In this document: positions 1 through 8,939 of the stretch, one piece after another | Layout: every line of letters begins with the position of its first letter | Numbering within the stretch: the stretch's first letter is position 1 | Source of the DNA: a virus | Lineage: Duplodnaviria; Caudoviricetes | Reading direction: 5' to 3' (one strand) | IMG/VR virus record: IMGVR_UViG_3300048579_000399 | Location: 1 to 28,819 of that record | Length of the DNA stretch: 28,819 nt | Position numbers and translations under genes: made by a program | Notes under the pieces: generated by a model | Database searches by the model: none | What the model saw: only the letters and a program-made list of their open reading frames with translations | Told to the model about the DNA's origin: nothing

Positions 1-1038
1 TCACATCTCATAGCTGAACGCCGCAGTCCACTCATCGGCTGTCGCAGGGGTAAAAAGTGTGTTCCAACTGAGCGCCGCCGCGACAGCGGGACCAGCGTTA
101 TAAAGCCGGATTTTGGTCGTCGTCTGCAAACCGGTCATAGCAGTGTATTCCTGGGTACCGGAATCGAGTACTTTGGCAACTCCGATTGTTGTGTTGAGGG
201 ATACACTTGCCGACGCCGCTACAGGTAACAAAAAATTGATTCTCACTCCAGTTCCAGCAGCGCTACTACTCCCCCATACCAATTTGACCCAGCCTGTTAG
301 GGTATGTCCGGAAATTCTATATCGTGAAGTTAATGTTCCGTTTCCTAAAGTTGGCTGGGTGTCCGTTTCATTAGAAATCGCAGAAGTAAAGTTGAACCAA
401 TCAGGCCAACCTTGAGGATTCTCGGAGTAGGAATAGTATGGGTTTGTGATGGTTGCGTTAGCGATGGTGTAATCAATGTTGATCGCAATATCGATCAACG
501 TATCGCTTCCAGACAGGGATGATGATGTCACCACGGCGTATTTTGTGGCTGTCTGCGTGAACTTGAGCTTAGTCCCTTTCTGGTATTTCGCGGTTACGTC
601 CGCCCCGGTTACTTTGATCTGGCTCGCACTGACGTATGTCCAGGTTTCTCCGGCAGCCGTCCAGCCGTCCGCGCTTCCGGCACTGCCGCCCGCTGGAGTA
701 GCCCAGGACCCCAAACCGTTGAGAAATTCAGTCGATACTCCGGAAAGCTTCGGGAGAAGGCCGTGATAGCTGGTCGAGGCGTTGAGTGTAGTGACGTCGG
801 TTGGTGTCGCCAGTTCGTCAAGCGTGATTGCATCCGCACCGCCGGATTTGTGTCGAGAGGCGTGGATGAGAGCAGCGTAGACTGTATCAAAGTACTTTTT
901 AAGGTTGGACTTGACTAAGGTCCAGGCAGTGCGTTTGGTCGTCGGAACTGTGGCCACATCCTGCACGATCGGCACGAGATCAGTGTCCGCGATCGACGTC
1001 GCCGCGGTCAGCTCCGTGGTTCGTTTATCGGTTGGCAT
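1..1038 (-). CDS. Tail fibre / receptor-binding protein-like
   Basis: 345 aa, Thr/Ser/Ala/Gly-rich, last gene of the tail module in the window. N-terminus (KRTTELTAATS..D..PIVQD..TKR) is typical of fibre attachment segments; C-terminus is beta-rich. Confidence 0.65.
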   Translation of the reverse strand: MPTDKRTTELTAATSIADTDLVPIVQDVATVPTTKRTAWTLVKSNLKKYFDTVYAALIHASRHKSGGADAITLDELATPTDVTTLNASTSYHGLLPKLSGVSTEFLNGLGSWATPAGGSAGSADGWTAAGETWTYVSASQIKVTGADVTAKYQKGTKLKFTQTATKYAVVTSSSLSGSDTLIDIAINIDYTIANATITNPYYSYSENPQGWPDWFNFTSAISNETDTQPTLGNGTLTSRYRISGHTLTGWVKLVWGSSSAAGTGVRINFLLPVAASASVSLNTTIGVAKVLDSGTQEYTAMTGLQTTTKIRLYNAGPAVAAALSWNTLFTPATADEWTAAFSYEM

Positions 1039-1438
1039 AGCGGTTCACCTCCGTATCAATGTATTTCCAGTCATAAAAGCGCTGAAGTTCTGCGGGCATG
1101 TTTTCCTTCTTCCCGTAGGCACTTTCGAGCATCTGCGCATAAAGCTCCTGCCACCCACCTTGATATGTTCGCGCCACGGCTGCCCAGGGGTGATCGCTGG
1201 TCATGGAAAACGCAAGTACGGCCGTTTGGTACTCAACGGTCGAGCTGATCCACCCCGAATGCTGGTCAGCTTTGTGCCCGATCTCATGGATGCACACCTG
1301 CGAAGATGCGCAGTAAACGGCCCCGGTTGGCCGGAAGAAGAAGCCCCGGCGCAATCCGGAATACACCGACCACATCCCGAGGATGCTGAAGGCGGCCATA
1401 AAAAGAGCGTAGAGTGAGGCGAGGATTTGTCTTTTCAT
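1025..1438 (-). CDS. Small membrane-anchored/secreted protein with HExxH zinc-metallopeptidase-like motif
   Basis: 137 aa; hydrophobic N-terminal helix, HEIGH motif and downstream ELYA. Overlaps the next gene by 14 nt and fits the gene tiling. Confidence 0.5.
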   Translation of the reverse strand: MKRQILASLYALFMAAFSILGMWSVYSGLRRGFFFRPTGAVYCASSQVCIHEIGHKADQHSGWISSTVEYQTAVLAFSMTSDHPWAAVARTYQGGWQELYAQMLESAYGKKENMPAELQRFYDWKYIDTEVNRYANR

Positions 1439-1440
1439 GG

Positions 1441-2049
1441 TTACGCCGTTGGCAGCACAATCGCGATTAAAGCGCCGTTGTATAGATTGACTCTAGTTCC
1501 GCCGTATGACTTGAATTGGAGCTTGACGACGCGTGAACCCGCCGAGCAGGTTTGCATGGCGAGGTAGTTCCATTGCAGGATCTTCCCGGAAGCCGAGACC
1601 TGATTGATAGATTCGACTTTGTCGGTCCCATCAATCACCCCCTTGATGTACTCTTCTTCGGCTCCCTGAGCGGTGATCGAAGCCGTGGCCAGCATAAGGA
1701 CCTTGCTGGTATTCGTCAGGGTCAGGGTAATCGTCGCGTTGGTCACATCAGTGTACGAGGTGCTGGTGGTGTCGGTCGATATACCGTTCGTCTGCTGGAC
1801 TACCTGAAGGATGCTGCCCAGAGCTTGCCACTTGAGACCGGAGGTTTCCGAAGCCAGAGCAGTCAAGACCTTGTAGTCGGATCCGACCGCCAGCCGAGCC
1901 AGGTCATTTGCACCAGTCGCAACGGCGATATCCCCTTTCGTGGTGTACGGCCAGCGGGCGTTCATGTTGTCTCTGAGTTGTTCGTTCAGCATAGCCGCGG
2001 TCACGAGTTCGCCAACGGTCCATGTTTTGGGCGTCACGTTTGTGGTCAT
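1441..2049 (-). CDS. Minor tail protein
   Basis: 202 aa with AGGAGG RBS. TWTVGELVTAAMLN N-terminus and TTKGDIAVATG..LARLAVG motif are seen in tail-associated proteins; lies downstream of the tail hub. Confidence 0.6.
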   Translation of the reverse strand: MTTNVTPKTWTVGELVTAAMLNEQLRDNMNARWPYTTKGDIAVATGANDLARLAVGSDYKVLTALASETSGLKWQALGSILQVVQQTNGISTDTTSTSYTDVTNATITLTLTNTSKVLMLATASITAQGAEEEYIKGVIDGTDKVESINQVSASGKILQWNYLAMQTCSAGSRVVKLQFKSYGGTRVNLYNGALIAIVLPTA

Positions 2050-2056
2050 AATCCTC

Positions 2057-3661
2057 CTAATACCCTAAAACTGTCGTCGTTCCAAGTTCGCTGTAACCCG
2101 CCGTTCCAAGTTCCCAATAGGCTGTCCCCAGCGCCAGGGCTTCAACGACGGTGTATGTGCAGTGGATCAGTTCGCCTGGGGCGATGTCGTATTTAATATG
2201 CTGGATGTAGTAATACCCCGTGATCCCGTTTTGGTCTTCCTTGATGTAGATCAGATCGCCAATATCAGCCTTGATGAAAATACTCATCAGAGACGGGTTG
2301 TAATTCGCCAGGAACGTGATCGAATTCAGGATCATCCGCGGCGTTTTCTGCTGGGCCAGAATGACGTCGCCCAGGATAGCGGCGTTGTCCGGGCTGTCCT
2401 GGTATTTCATGGTGAACTGCAAGGGTTTGTAACCCTGCGAATTGATTGAAGTAGTGTCTGACGCAATATACTCAACCGGATCGTAGGTATAGATCCCTTT
2501 TCCGCGCGCCTGTAGTTTTGTAACGTAACCGCCCAGACCGGCAGTATTTGTCAGGGTATAAAAAACGTCATTCGCTCCATATTCAGCGACGACGGTCAGG
2601 TAAACGGTCATGTTTGTGCCGGAGCCGTCCCGCGCGGTGTTGAGTAGATAGTCAGTCGTCGCCACGGGCGCAACCATGTTTGTTCCGGCCACGCCTTGAG
2701 CCCCGCCAGCCGGATCACGGAAGTTACCTTTCAACGTCTTGGTTTCTCCGGCTGCGAGTTGAAGTGGCGAATTTAGGGTGAACAGGACGGTAGTCGCGGC
2801 AGCATCCACGGCGCGCGGGTAGGATTTCATCGAAACGTAATTCGCCAGGTTGTCACCAAAACTGATATCCGCATCTTGCATGATGTTGTCGACGATGGCC
2901 TCTGCCGCTATATCAAGCAGAATCTTGGATCCATCTTCAGCAAGCAAGTAACTTCCATCTTCCATCAGAAGCGCGCCGCCATCAGCCAGGTCAGGAACCT
3001 CGACGACTTCATCGTGACCGGTGCGGGTGTTGCGGCCTTCGACGACCAGAGTATCTTCACGGCGCATGTAGATGTAGCCGAGTTCGGATTGCGCCACTTT
3101 TCCAAACTCGGACAGGGCTTTGGTTTCGCTGCGGACCATGTCAAATGCCGTTGCGAAAGTGTCGGTTCCGCTGCCGTAAGTGGTGCTGCTGGGCTGGATC
3201 GGCATCAGCGCAACCAGATCGGCAACCACGTTTTCTATTTTTTGATCGAATTTGAGCGCCGGCAAGATGATGGGGTGCGTGGCGGCATATTCGATCCAGT
3301 CGGAGGCTTTTACCTTCACGATTTCGTCAAACCCGGACCCTGGCTTAATTTCGGTAAGATGCCAACGCTTGATGAAGGTGAGCCCCAGGTAAGTGATCGT
3401 TTGCCTGAGCTGTAAACCGCGGGTCCATCCAGGCAGTGAGCCGGTCCGGTTTGGGCTGTAATATCCGGAGGCACCTCCAATACAGCCGCTATCGTTCCGG
3501 AGAGTCAGCTCTAGATTGCCTGCAGAAGCTACTCGATCCAGAGGCGTATTTCCGCTGATTCCATAGCTGCACGCGTCTGTGCCGATGATATCCGCGGAAA
3601 TATCGACCCAACTGGATCCAATGTAGACTTCGTACTTGACGCTGTCCGGATAGACTGCCAT
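2057..3661 (-). CDS. Tail tip / hub minor structural protein
   Basis: 534 aa, directly coupled to the tape measure stop (TAATG overlap); beta-rich; internal LLxEDG tandem motif. Confidence 0.65.
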   Translation of the reverse strand: MAVYPDSVKYEVYIGSSWVDISADIIGTDACSYGISGNTPLDRVASAGNLELTLRNDSGCIGGASGYYSPNRTGSLPGWTRGLQLRQTITYLGLTFIKRWHLTEIKPGSGFDEIVKVKASDWIEYAATHPIILPALKFDQKIENVVADLVALMPIQPSSTTYGSGTDTFATAFDMVRSETKALSEFGKVAQSELGYIYMRREDTLVVEGRNTRTGHDEVVEVPDLADGGALLMEDGSYLLAEDGSKILLDIAAEAIVDNIMQDADISFGDNLANYVSMKSYPRAVDAAATTVLFTLNSPLQLAAGETKTLKGNFRDPAGGAQGVAGTNMVAPVATTDYLLNTARDGSGTNMTVYLTVVAEYGANDVFYTLTNTAGLGGYVTKLQARGKGIYTYDPVEYIASDTTSINSQGYKPLQFTMKYQDSPDNAAILGDVILAQQKTPRMILNSITFLANYNPSLMSIFIKADIGDLIYIKEDQNGITGYYYIQHIKYDIAPGELIHCTYTVVEALALGTAYWELGTAGYSELGTTTVLGY

Positions 3662-5523
3662 TAGTTTGCCATCCCAGAGGTCATCAGCGCATCCCGAACG
3701 GCAGCAGCGATGCGGTTATAGTCGATATCAATGGCTGGCGCCTGGACCACAGTCCCGCTATTTTCAGATCCGGTCGAGTTCCGACTGGATGAATAACCGG
3801 CATCGGCGACCGCCGAAACCGCTTTGGTCGTCGCAGATACTGGAACGGCTGCAGTTGAATTGATCCCGTTCGCCATGCCGATCATCGTGCTGACGCCCAG
3901 ACCTGCGAAAAGTCTTGATGGCGAATTAATATTAAGAAATCCCCGAGCTGCGTCGTACGCCGCTTTAGCAGCGTTTACAGCGGCATCACGCACCCATAAA
4001 ACTGCTGACGTAATCCCATTTGCGATCCCGCGGATGATATTTCTGCCCACTTCTCCCCAATCCGTGTTGCGAAACGCGTTGATTGCATCTGTAATCAGGT
4101 TCGAGACCGTCGTTTTGATGGCCGTCCAGGCGCCCGACACGATGGTGATAATCAATTTCCAGGCAGCATCCCAGGCTTCCCGCAATTTTTGCCCGAACAA
4201 ATACCAGTCTCCGGACAGTGCAGCCTGAAACGCCTGCATCAAGGGCGTGATCACGGTCATAAAGGCATTCCACACCGCCACCAGTGCGTTCCATACCGTC
4301 GTCCAGACGCTCTGCAAAGCCGACAGCGCAGCCGGGATGCTTGTCTGAAACCAGGCCACGATTTTATCGATGATGGGCTGTAAGAAATCTCGGATCCCGC
4401 CCCAGTTGTTCGTCCAGGCGAAATAGGCCAAAGCTGCAACAGCCGCGATGGCCGCAACGACAGCGATCACCGGAGCGGCAGCGGCCAGGAACGCGCCGAT
4501 CGCTGGGATCAGAGTCCCCGTGACAAAAGCAGCGATCGCCGCTACTGCCGGCAGGAAGCCCGAAAAGATCCCCGCCAGGGCCGGGCCGATGGAAGCCAGC
4601 GCTCCACCGGTTCCGAAAAGGCCGACGATGGATCCGCCAACGGAAATGATTTGCCCCAGGGCTGACAGGAGTGGGCCGATTGCCGCCACGACCATCAAAA
4701 CCGTCACGATCGTGTTTTTGGCGCTGTCAGGCAACGCATTGAACCAATCCAGGATGGGGATCAGTGCAGAAATCAGTTTCGTTGCCAGTGGTAAAAGCGC
4801 CTGGCCAAATGACGCGAGCGTATCTTCGAATTGGGCTTTGAGGGTGCGCGTGGAATTTGCAAGCCCATCCGACGTGCGCGCAAAATCCCCTTGCGCGTTC
4901 TTGGTTTGGTCCATAATGAGGGCGTAGCGAGCCAGGATCTTCTCCTGATCGGTCAGCGCTCCGTTGGCGCCGCCCAGGCCCAGTTCCATCGCCTTCGCTT
5001 TGACTGCGGCATCATTGATGTTGACGCCCAGAGACCGCAGCGGTTCCGCTTCGCCCACGATCCCACTCTGCAACTTTTGGAGGGCTTCATCTGGGCTGAT
5101 GTTGTTGAAACTGGCCAGGTCAGAAGCCAGTTGGGTCAGGCTCGTGCTCAATTCGGCCGATTTGGATTGTCCGAGCCCCATGCTGGTAAACAGATTGCCG
5201 AAGGTGCCGGCCGCCTGCAGCGCCGAATTTTCTGACATCCCCAGGCCGGTCGCCGCGTTCTTTGCGAATTTCAAAACCGATTCGGACGCACTTCCAAAAA
5301 CGACGTCAACCTTGTTCAGGCTTTCGTTCAGGTCAGACGCAGCTTTGACCGATGCGACCCCGGCAGCGACAATCGGGAGCGTGACCCCGATCGTCATCTT
5401 ATTCCCGATAGAGGTCATCTCGTCGCCGACCTTCGACAGTTTTTTGGAAGCGTTTTTCATCCCGGCTTCGAATTCCGAGACGTCTGTGACCAACTTAACT
5501 ACCAGTTTTGCCAATGTCGCCAC
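3661..5523 (-). CDS. Tape measure protein
   Basis: 620 aa, Ala/Gly-rich helical. N-terminal L.VKL..DVSEF, central DLASFNN..PLRSLGV motif, hydrophobic stretch, Trp-periodic repeats, INSPSRLF near the C-terminus; follows the tail chaperones. Confidence 0.93.
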   Translation of the reverse strand: MATLAKLVVKLVTDVSEFEAGMKNASKKLSKVGDEMTSIGNKMTIGVTLPIVAAGVASVKAASDLNESLNKVDVVFGSASESVLKFAKNAATGLGMSENSALQAAGTFGNLFTSMGLGQSKSAELSTSLTQLASDLASFNNISPDEALQKLQSGIVGEAEPLRSLGVNINDAAVKAKAMELGLGGANGALTDQEKILARYALIMDQTKNAQGDFARTSDGLANSTRTLKAQFEDTLASFGQALLPLATKLISALIPILDWFNALPDSAKNTIVTVLMVVAAIGPLLSALGQIISVGGSIVGLFGTGGALASIGPALAGIFSGFLPAVAAIAAFVTGTLIPAIGAFLAAAAPVIAVVAAIAAVAALAYFAWTNNWGGIRDFLQPIIDKIVAWFQTSIPAALSALQSVWTTVWNALVAVWNAFMTVITPLMQAFQAALSGDWYLFGQKLREAWDAAWKLIITIVSGAWTAIKTTVSNLITDAINAFRNTDWGEVGRNIIRGIANGITSAVLWVRDAAVNAAKAAYDAARGFLNINSPSRLFAGLGVSTMIGMANGINSTAAVPVSATTKAVSAVADAGYSSSRNSTGSENSGTVVQAPAIDIDYNRIAAAVRDALMTSGMAN

Positions 5524-5860
5524 GGGGTGTACCTCCCAGCGCCTTGAAAATCATGTCGATCTTGTCCCTCAGCGTTTCCGGGGACTTTTCCGCTTTATCT
5601 GCATCTTGCTTATAAACGTCACGCATAAAATCAGCAGGCTGATAAGGATTGGACTTCTTTTTATCGTCCCTGGCCGTGTTCGCAACGGTTGCCGCGATCA
5701 TGGCCGCTCGCCATTCGGCTTCACCTTCTCCCCACGGGTCCAGGGTGTAGGAGGCCATCCATTCGGTAATTTCGCGGCTGGAGATGTGCTCCAGGCCCCA
5801 TTCCACGGATGGCCATCCCAAATGCGGCGCTAATTTTGCGAAGATGAATCGGCGAAAGGG
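5495..5860 (-). CDS. Tail assembly chaperone, -1 frameshift extension (lambda gpT-like)
   Basis: The -1 frame is open from the slippery site: PFRRFIFAKLAPHLGWPSVEWGLEHISSREITEWMA..DPWG, gpT-like. Lies between the chaperone and tape measure genes. Confidence 0.8.
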   Translation of the reverse strand, partial: PFRRFIFAKLAPHLGWPSVEWGLEHISSREITEWMASYTLDPWGEGEAEWRAAMIAATVANTARDDKKKSNPYQPADFMRDVYKQDADKAEKSPETLRDKIDMIFKALGGTPRGDIGKTGS

Positions 5861-6231
5861 TTCTCCTCGAGGTCCTCCGTCAGTTCCTTGAGGTCGTCAT
5901 CGGTCAGGCCCGACAGACGCGCGGCGACGGAGTACACGCGATCGAGCGCGCCGGCGTTTTTCAGGCCCAGTGCCTCGATGTCGGCTTGCGAAAAGATTCG
6001 CTCGCCTTTTTCATCGACGGTTGCCATCGAAACGAGCTTCGCCCGGGCGTTTTTCATGTTTACCCGCGTGTCTTTCCCCTTCTGGATCAAAACGGACGCC
6101 TCGAAGGCATCGCGCTCTTTCCCGTTAAGTGACGTCACAATCACGTGACCGCCCCATTCGGGTACCTCGACTTCCTCGGTTACCCGATCAACAGCTTCGA
6201 GAATTTCTTTTCGGCTCAAAAGTTTCGACAT
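5830..6231 (-). CDS. Tail assembly chaperone (lambda gpG-like)
   Basis: 133 aa; LLSRKEIL..EEVEVPEWGG.V..L...ERDAFE motif; follows the tail tube gene. Confidence 0.85.
   Translation of the reverse strand: MSKLLSRKEILEAVDRVTEEVEVPEWGGHVIVTSLNGKERDAFEASVLIQKGKDTRVNMKNARAKLVSMATVDEKGERIFSQADIEALGLKNAGALDRVYSVAARLSGLTDDDLKELTEDLEENPFADSSSQN
5854..5860 (-). other. Programmed -1 ribosomal frameshift slippery heptamer C CCT TTC
   Basis: XXXYYYZ heptamer in the correct phase (AAC CCT TTC) near the end of the chaperone ORF; a -1 shift joins it to the 5495 ORF. Confidence 0.8.
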
Positions 6232-6240
6232 ACGCTCTCC

Positions 6241-6681
6241 TTAGAAAGCTCCGTAAACCGGTTTACCGGTCGGCGTGATGGTGATTTCGCCCTCGAGTGT
6301 TCCATCCAGCGGGCTCTTGATGGCAATCTTGGTGATGAACCCGGCAAACGCCCAGCCCTCTGTCGTACTCTGTGGGTATAAGATCCGGTAGTTGTGGATG
6401 TCGTCGTCGTTGAACTGCGCCATGAACCCGGTTACTTCGTCGTGGGTACCCAGGGACGGGTCGAAGTTGACCTTAAATGTGATGTCGCCGGCTTCCCTCA
6501 GCCCCGGGTGTTTCTGCTTGAATTTTCCAGTCGCCGTATGCGCGGTAACTTCCTTGTTTTCTCGTGACAAGGTCAGATCGCCGACGTCTGTCAAGTTCCC
6601 AACGTCAGTGAAAACCTCTGGCGTCGCTCCATTCCCGAACTGGAGCTTCATTCCAAATGCATCTAATGCGTCATCGCTCAT
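6241..6681 (-). CDS. Major tail (tube) protein
   Basis: 146 aa; EVT..GL.EAGDITFKVNFDP..W.F.GFI..ITPTGKP pattern of siphovirus tail tube proteins. Confidence 0.88.
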   Translation of the reverse strand: MSDDALDAFGMKLQFGNGATPEVFTDVGNLTDVGDLTLSRENKEVTAHTATGKFKQKHPGLREAGDITFKVNFDPSLGTHDEVTGFMAQFNDDDIHNYRILYPQSTTEGWAFAGFITKIAIKSPLDGTLEGEITITPTGKPVYGAF

Positions 6682-6698
6682 GGTTATCTCCTATCTAA

Positions 6699-7070
6699 TT
6701 ACGATGGTAATTTCAGAACGGCGAACCCAACGGTGGCGTCGGTGGTCGAAAAATGGAGCTTCCCGTCGCTTTGCTTCCAACCTTTTTCTTTGAACGGACC
6801 AAACGCGGCGTACTCTCCGGCACCAATGCTGTAGGTAGTGATGTTCCCGGTCCGCTTCAGATCGTCCGCAACGCTCTCGATCGTGACCGTCTGCGCGGTT
6901 GCGGCGCCGTTGTGAACGACCAGGACCTCGTTCCCGGTCAGCGTATACCCGGCCCCGTCCGCGAAGCTCGCCCCGGCCGCGGTAAACGCAATGTCGGCCG
7001 AATTCGCCGCAAGCGGAAGGCTGGGATAGCTGCCCAAAAGATCGATCGGTGTGAGTGCTAATCTCGTCAT
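6699..7070 (-). CDS. Hypothetical virion-associated protein
   Basis: 123 aa beta-rich ORF tiling between the tail terminator and tail tube genes; GAGGAG RBS. Confidence 0.6.
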   Translation of the reverse strand: MTRLALTPIDLLGSYPSLPLAANSADIAFTAAGASFADGAGYTLTGNEVLVVHNGAATAQTVTIESVADDLKRTGNITTYSIGAGEYAAFGPFKEKGWKQSDGKLHFSTTDATVGFAVLKLPS

Positions 7071-7073
7071 GCG

Positions 7074-7469
7074 CTACTCCTCGTGATAACTGATTTGATA
7101 ATCCTGGCGAACTGTCGTGATTTCCGACTGCTCGCTGTACCCGTCGTACTCGTTTTCCCAAAGGATTCCTCCGATTTGCATATCGTTTACGGTGCCCTTA
7201 TACCCGTCCAGCAGCTTTCGGAGCGCTTTGGCGGCTTTTTTGACAGCCGGCGTGGTATCCGCTTCGATCGTGAACTGCACGTGAACCGTCACATGCAGCG
7301 AAGCCCCGTTGTGCGTATGGCCTGGCTCGGTCGTGGTCTCCTGGTAACAGATCGCCGGAAGCTTCGCGTCCTCTTGTATCACCAGGGGGTAAAGTGTGGT
7401 TACGCCGACGGATTGAAGGCCAACGTCGGTGGTTACCAGGGTAACGAGTGCTTCTTCAATCAACGCCAT
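7074..7469 (-). CDS. Tail completion / terminator protein (DUF3168-like)
   Basis: 131 aa; IEEAL..LYP..LPAICYQE..VQFTI..LRKLLDGY..DYQISY; canonical position. Confidence 0.8.
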   Translation of the reverse strand: MALIEEALVTLVTTDVGLQSVGVTTLYPLVIQEDAKLPAICYQETTTEPGHTHNGASLHVTVHVQFTIEADTTPAVKKAAKALRKLLDGYKGTVNDMQIGGILWENEYDGYSEQSEITTVRQDYQISYHEE

Positions 7470-7932
7470 CGCACAACCTCTCTATTCCTTTCCGAAAAAT
7501 CTCTCCGGCCAGCTTTTGCGCCGCATCGCGGTTATGGCTCATGGCCGGTCGAAGAAATGGAGCCGCGGGCCTGCCTGGATGTTTGACCGATTTCGTGATC
7601 ACCAGGCCATTCCGGCCCTCGAAGGCAAGCGACTTACCGTTTTTCGCCTTGATTTCATGGGCGGTCGCCCCGGTTTCCGCGAACTGGTAATACCAGTGGT
7701 CTTTGTCCGGGCCGATGTTCACAACAGCCAGATTCTCGTTGCTCTCCTTTTTGGACTGCAGCGCCAGGATGTGCGGCCCCGGTGCATTCGCGTTGGCCTC
7801 AGTCAAGATCGGCACTTCCGCGGCCCTAACAGCGGCGGAGTTTGCCTGAATGACTGCGTCGCCGAGCTGCTGGATCTTGGCTTTCAGTTCAGCTTCACCG
7901 ATCAGTTCGACCCGCGATCTACCTCTGGCCAT
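7456..7932 (-). CDS. HK97 gp10-like neck/tail protein
   Basis: 158 aa; GEAELKAKIQQL, WYYQFAETG, HPGRPAAPFLRPA motifs. Confidence 0.88.
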   Translation of the reverse strand: MARGRSRVELIGEAELKAKIQQLGDAVIQANSAAVRAAEVPILTEANANAPGPHILALQSKKESNENLAVVNIGPDKDHWYYQFAETGATAHEIKAKNGKSLAFEGRNGLVITKSVKHPGRPAAPFLRPAMSHNRDAAQKLAGEIFRKGIERLCDGVD

Positions 7933-8102
7933 CAGTCCTCAACCTTCAGACCACAGCCCAACACGAGAGTGGCCCATTTGATCAACGTCAACGCCATCCA
8001 GCGCCTGATTTTGAATTCGTTTGTTTCCACCAGGTGGATGGTCAAGGTCATTTGTTTCGTGAGCTTTCGCAACTTCACAGTTGTCGTACCTAACTCAACC
8101 AT
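7932..8102 (-). CDS. Small hypothetical protein (56 aa, absent from the ORF track)
   Basis: My translation: MVELGTTTVKLRKLTKQMTLTIHLVETNEFKIRRWMALTLIKWATLVLGCGLKVED. Fills the gap exactly and overlaps both neighbours; AAGGAG upstream. Confidence 0.6.
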   Translation of the reverse strand: MVELGTTTVKLRKLTKQMTLTIHLVETNEFKIRRWMALTLIKWATLVLGCGLKVED

Positions 8103-8424
8103 TGATCAACTCCTTGCACATCAACTGCATTTCCCGGTGGCGCTCTTTAACGTCGATCACCGAAATGATGTTGAAGACCTTTTCCCCATACACCACCCGC
8201 ATTGCCGGTGTGATTCCTTCCCGATATCGGATCCGGATCCGCCAATCGACATCCGCCTGAAGCCTGCGAGATTCCAGATACTCCTGCCCGCGCATGGCTT
8301 CTGGCGACGCCCAGACCTCAGCGACCAGGTCCCAGGCCGGAGATTGCTCGCCAAAAGACCCCTGAGCGACGGGTTCGTGTTTTTTCTCGATTCGGATACG
8401 CTGTCTCAGATCTCCAGGGTTCAT
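8095..8424 (-). CDS. Head closure / head-tail adaptor (SPP1 gp16-like)
   Basis: MNPGDLRQRIRIE..VWA..G.EY..IRIRYREGITPAMRV..FNIISV is the classic head-tail joining pattern. Confidence 0.92.
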   Translation of the reverse strand: MNPGDLRQRIRIEKKHEPVAQGSFGEQSPAWDLVAEVWASPEAMRGQEYLESRRLQADVDWRIRIRYREGITPAMRVVYGEKVFNIISVIDVKERHREMQLMCKELING

Positions 8425-8927
8425 AGATCTCCTAACGGCACCAGGTGTGCCCGGTACCAGTTCTCGGAAAGATCGTCGATCGATGTTTGCTGAATTTCTC
8501 CGCTAACGGCGATAACTGTTTCAAATTTCGCCGATTGGTCTCCGCTCGCGCCGATCAGGCCCACCAGACTGTCTACAGTTTCGCCGACAAATGCGCCCTT
8601 GAGGATGCACGGGCCGGCGCCATTCCGACCCTGAAACGCTCGATACCGGAGCGCGAGCGCTTCGAGCTGGACGATGCAGTCAGTCAGCCCAAAATTCAAA
8701 GAGGTCACTCCCTGGCCAACCATGCTCGGGTTCTCGTACCAGAGCGCAACCAGAATCTGAGCGGCCGACTTCGCAATCGGCTCGATCGACCCATCGGCCG
8801 CCCAATCGTGACCAGTGGCGTTTTTGAGGTGGGCATCCACCAAAGGCAGCAGTTGAAGCATGGCCGGATCGGTCTCATCGACCCGTAAAACCACGGCAGC
8901 TTCAGACGCGGATAAAATGTTAGCCAC
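8421..8927 (-). CDS. Head-tail connector (HK97 gp6-like) with C-terminal extension
   Basis: LRVD..D..L..L..ATG..AQILVALWYENP in the first ~90 aa; follows the capsid gene; about 75 extra C-terminal residues. Confidence 0.82.
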   Translation of the reverse strand: MANILSASEAAVVLRVDETDPAMLQLLPLVDAHLKNATGHDWAADGSIEPIAKSAAQILVALWYENPSMVGQGVTSLNFGLTDCIVQLEALALRYRAFQGRNGAGPCILKGAFVGETVDSLVGLIGASGDQSAKFETVIAVSGEIQQTSIDDLSENWYRAHLVPLGDL

Positions 8928-8939
8928 TGGTACCCTTCC

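Noticed and set aside
364-379. CGTTTCATTAGAAATC as a fourth parS-like site
   Set aside because: The right arm is mismatched and the centre differs from the three matching copies; compatible with chance.
1-1038. Diversity-generating retroelement target in the fibre C-terminus
   Set aside because: No reverse transcriptase and no template-repeat copy were seen in the window.
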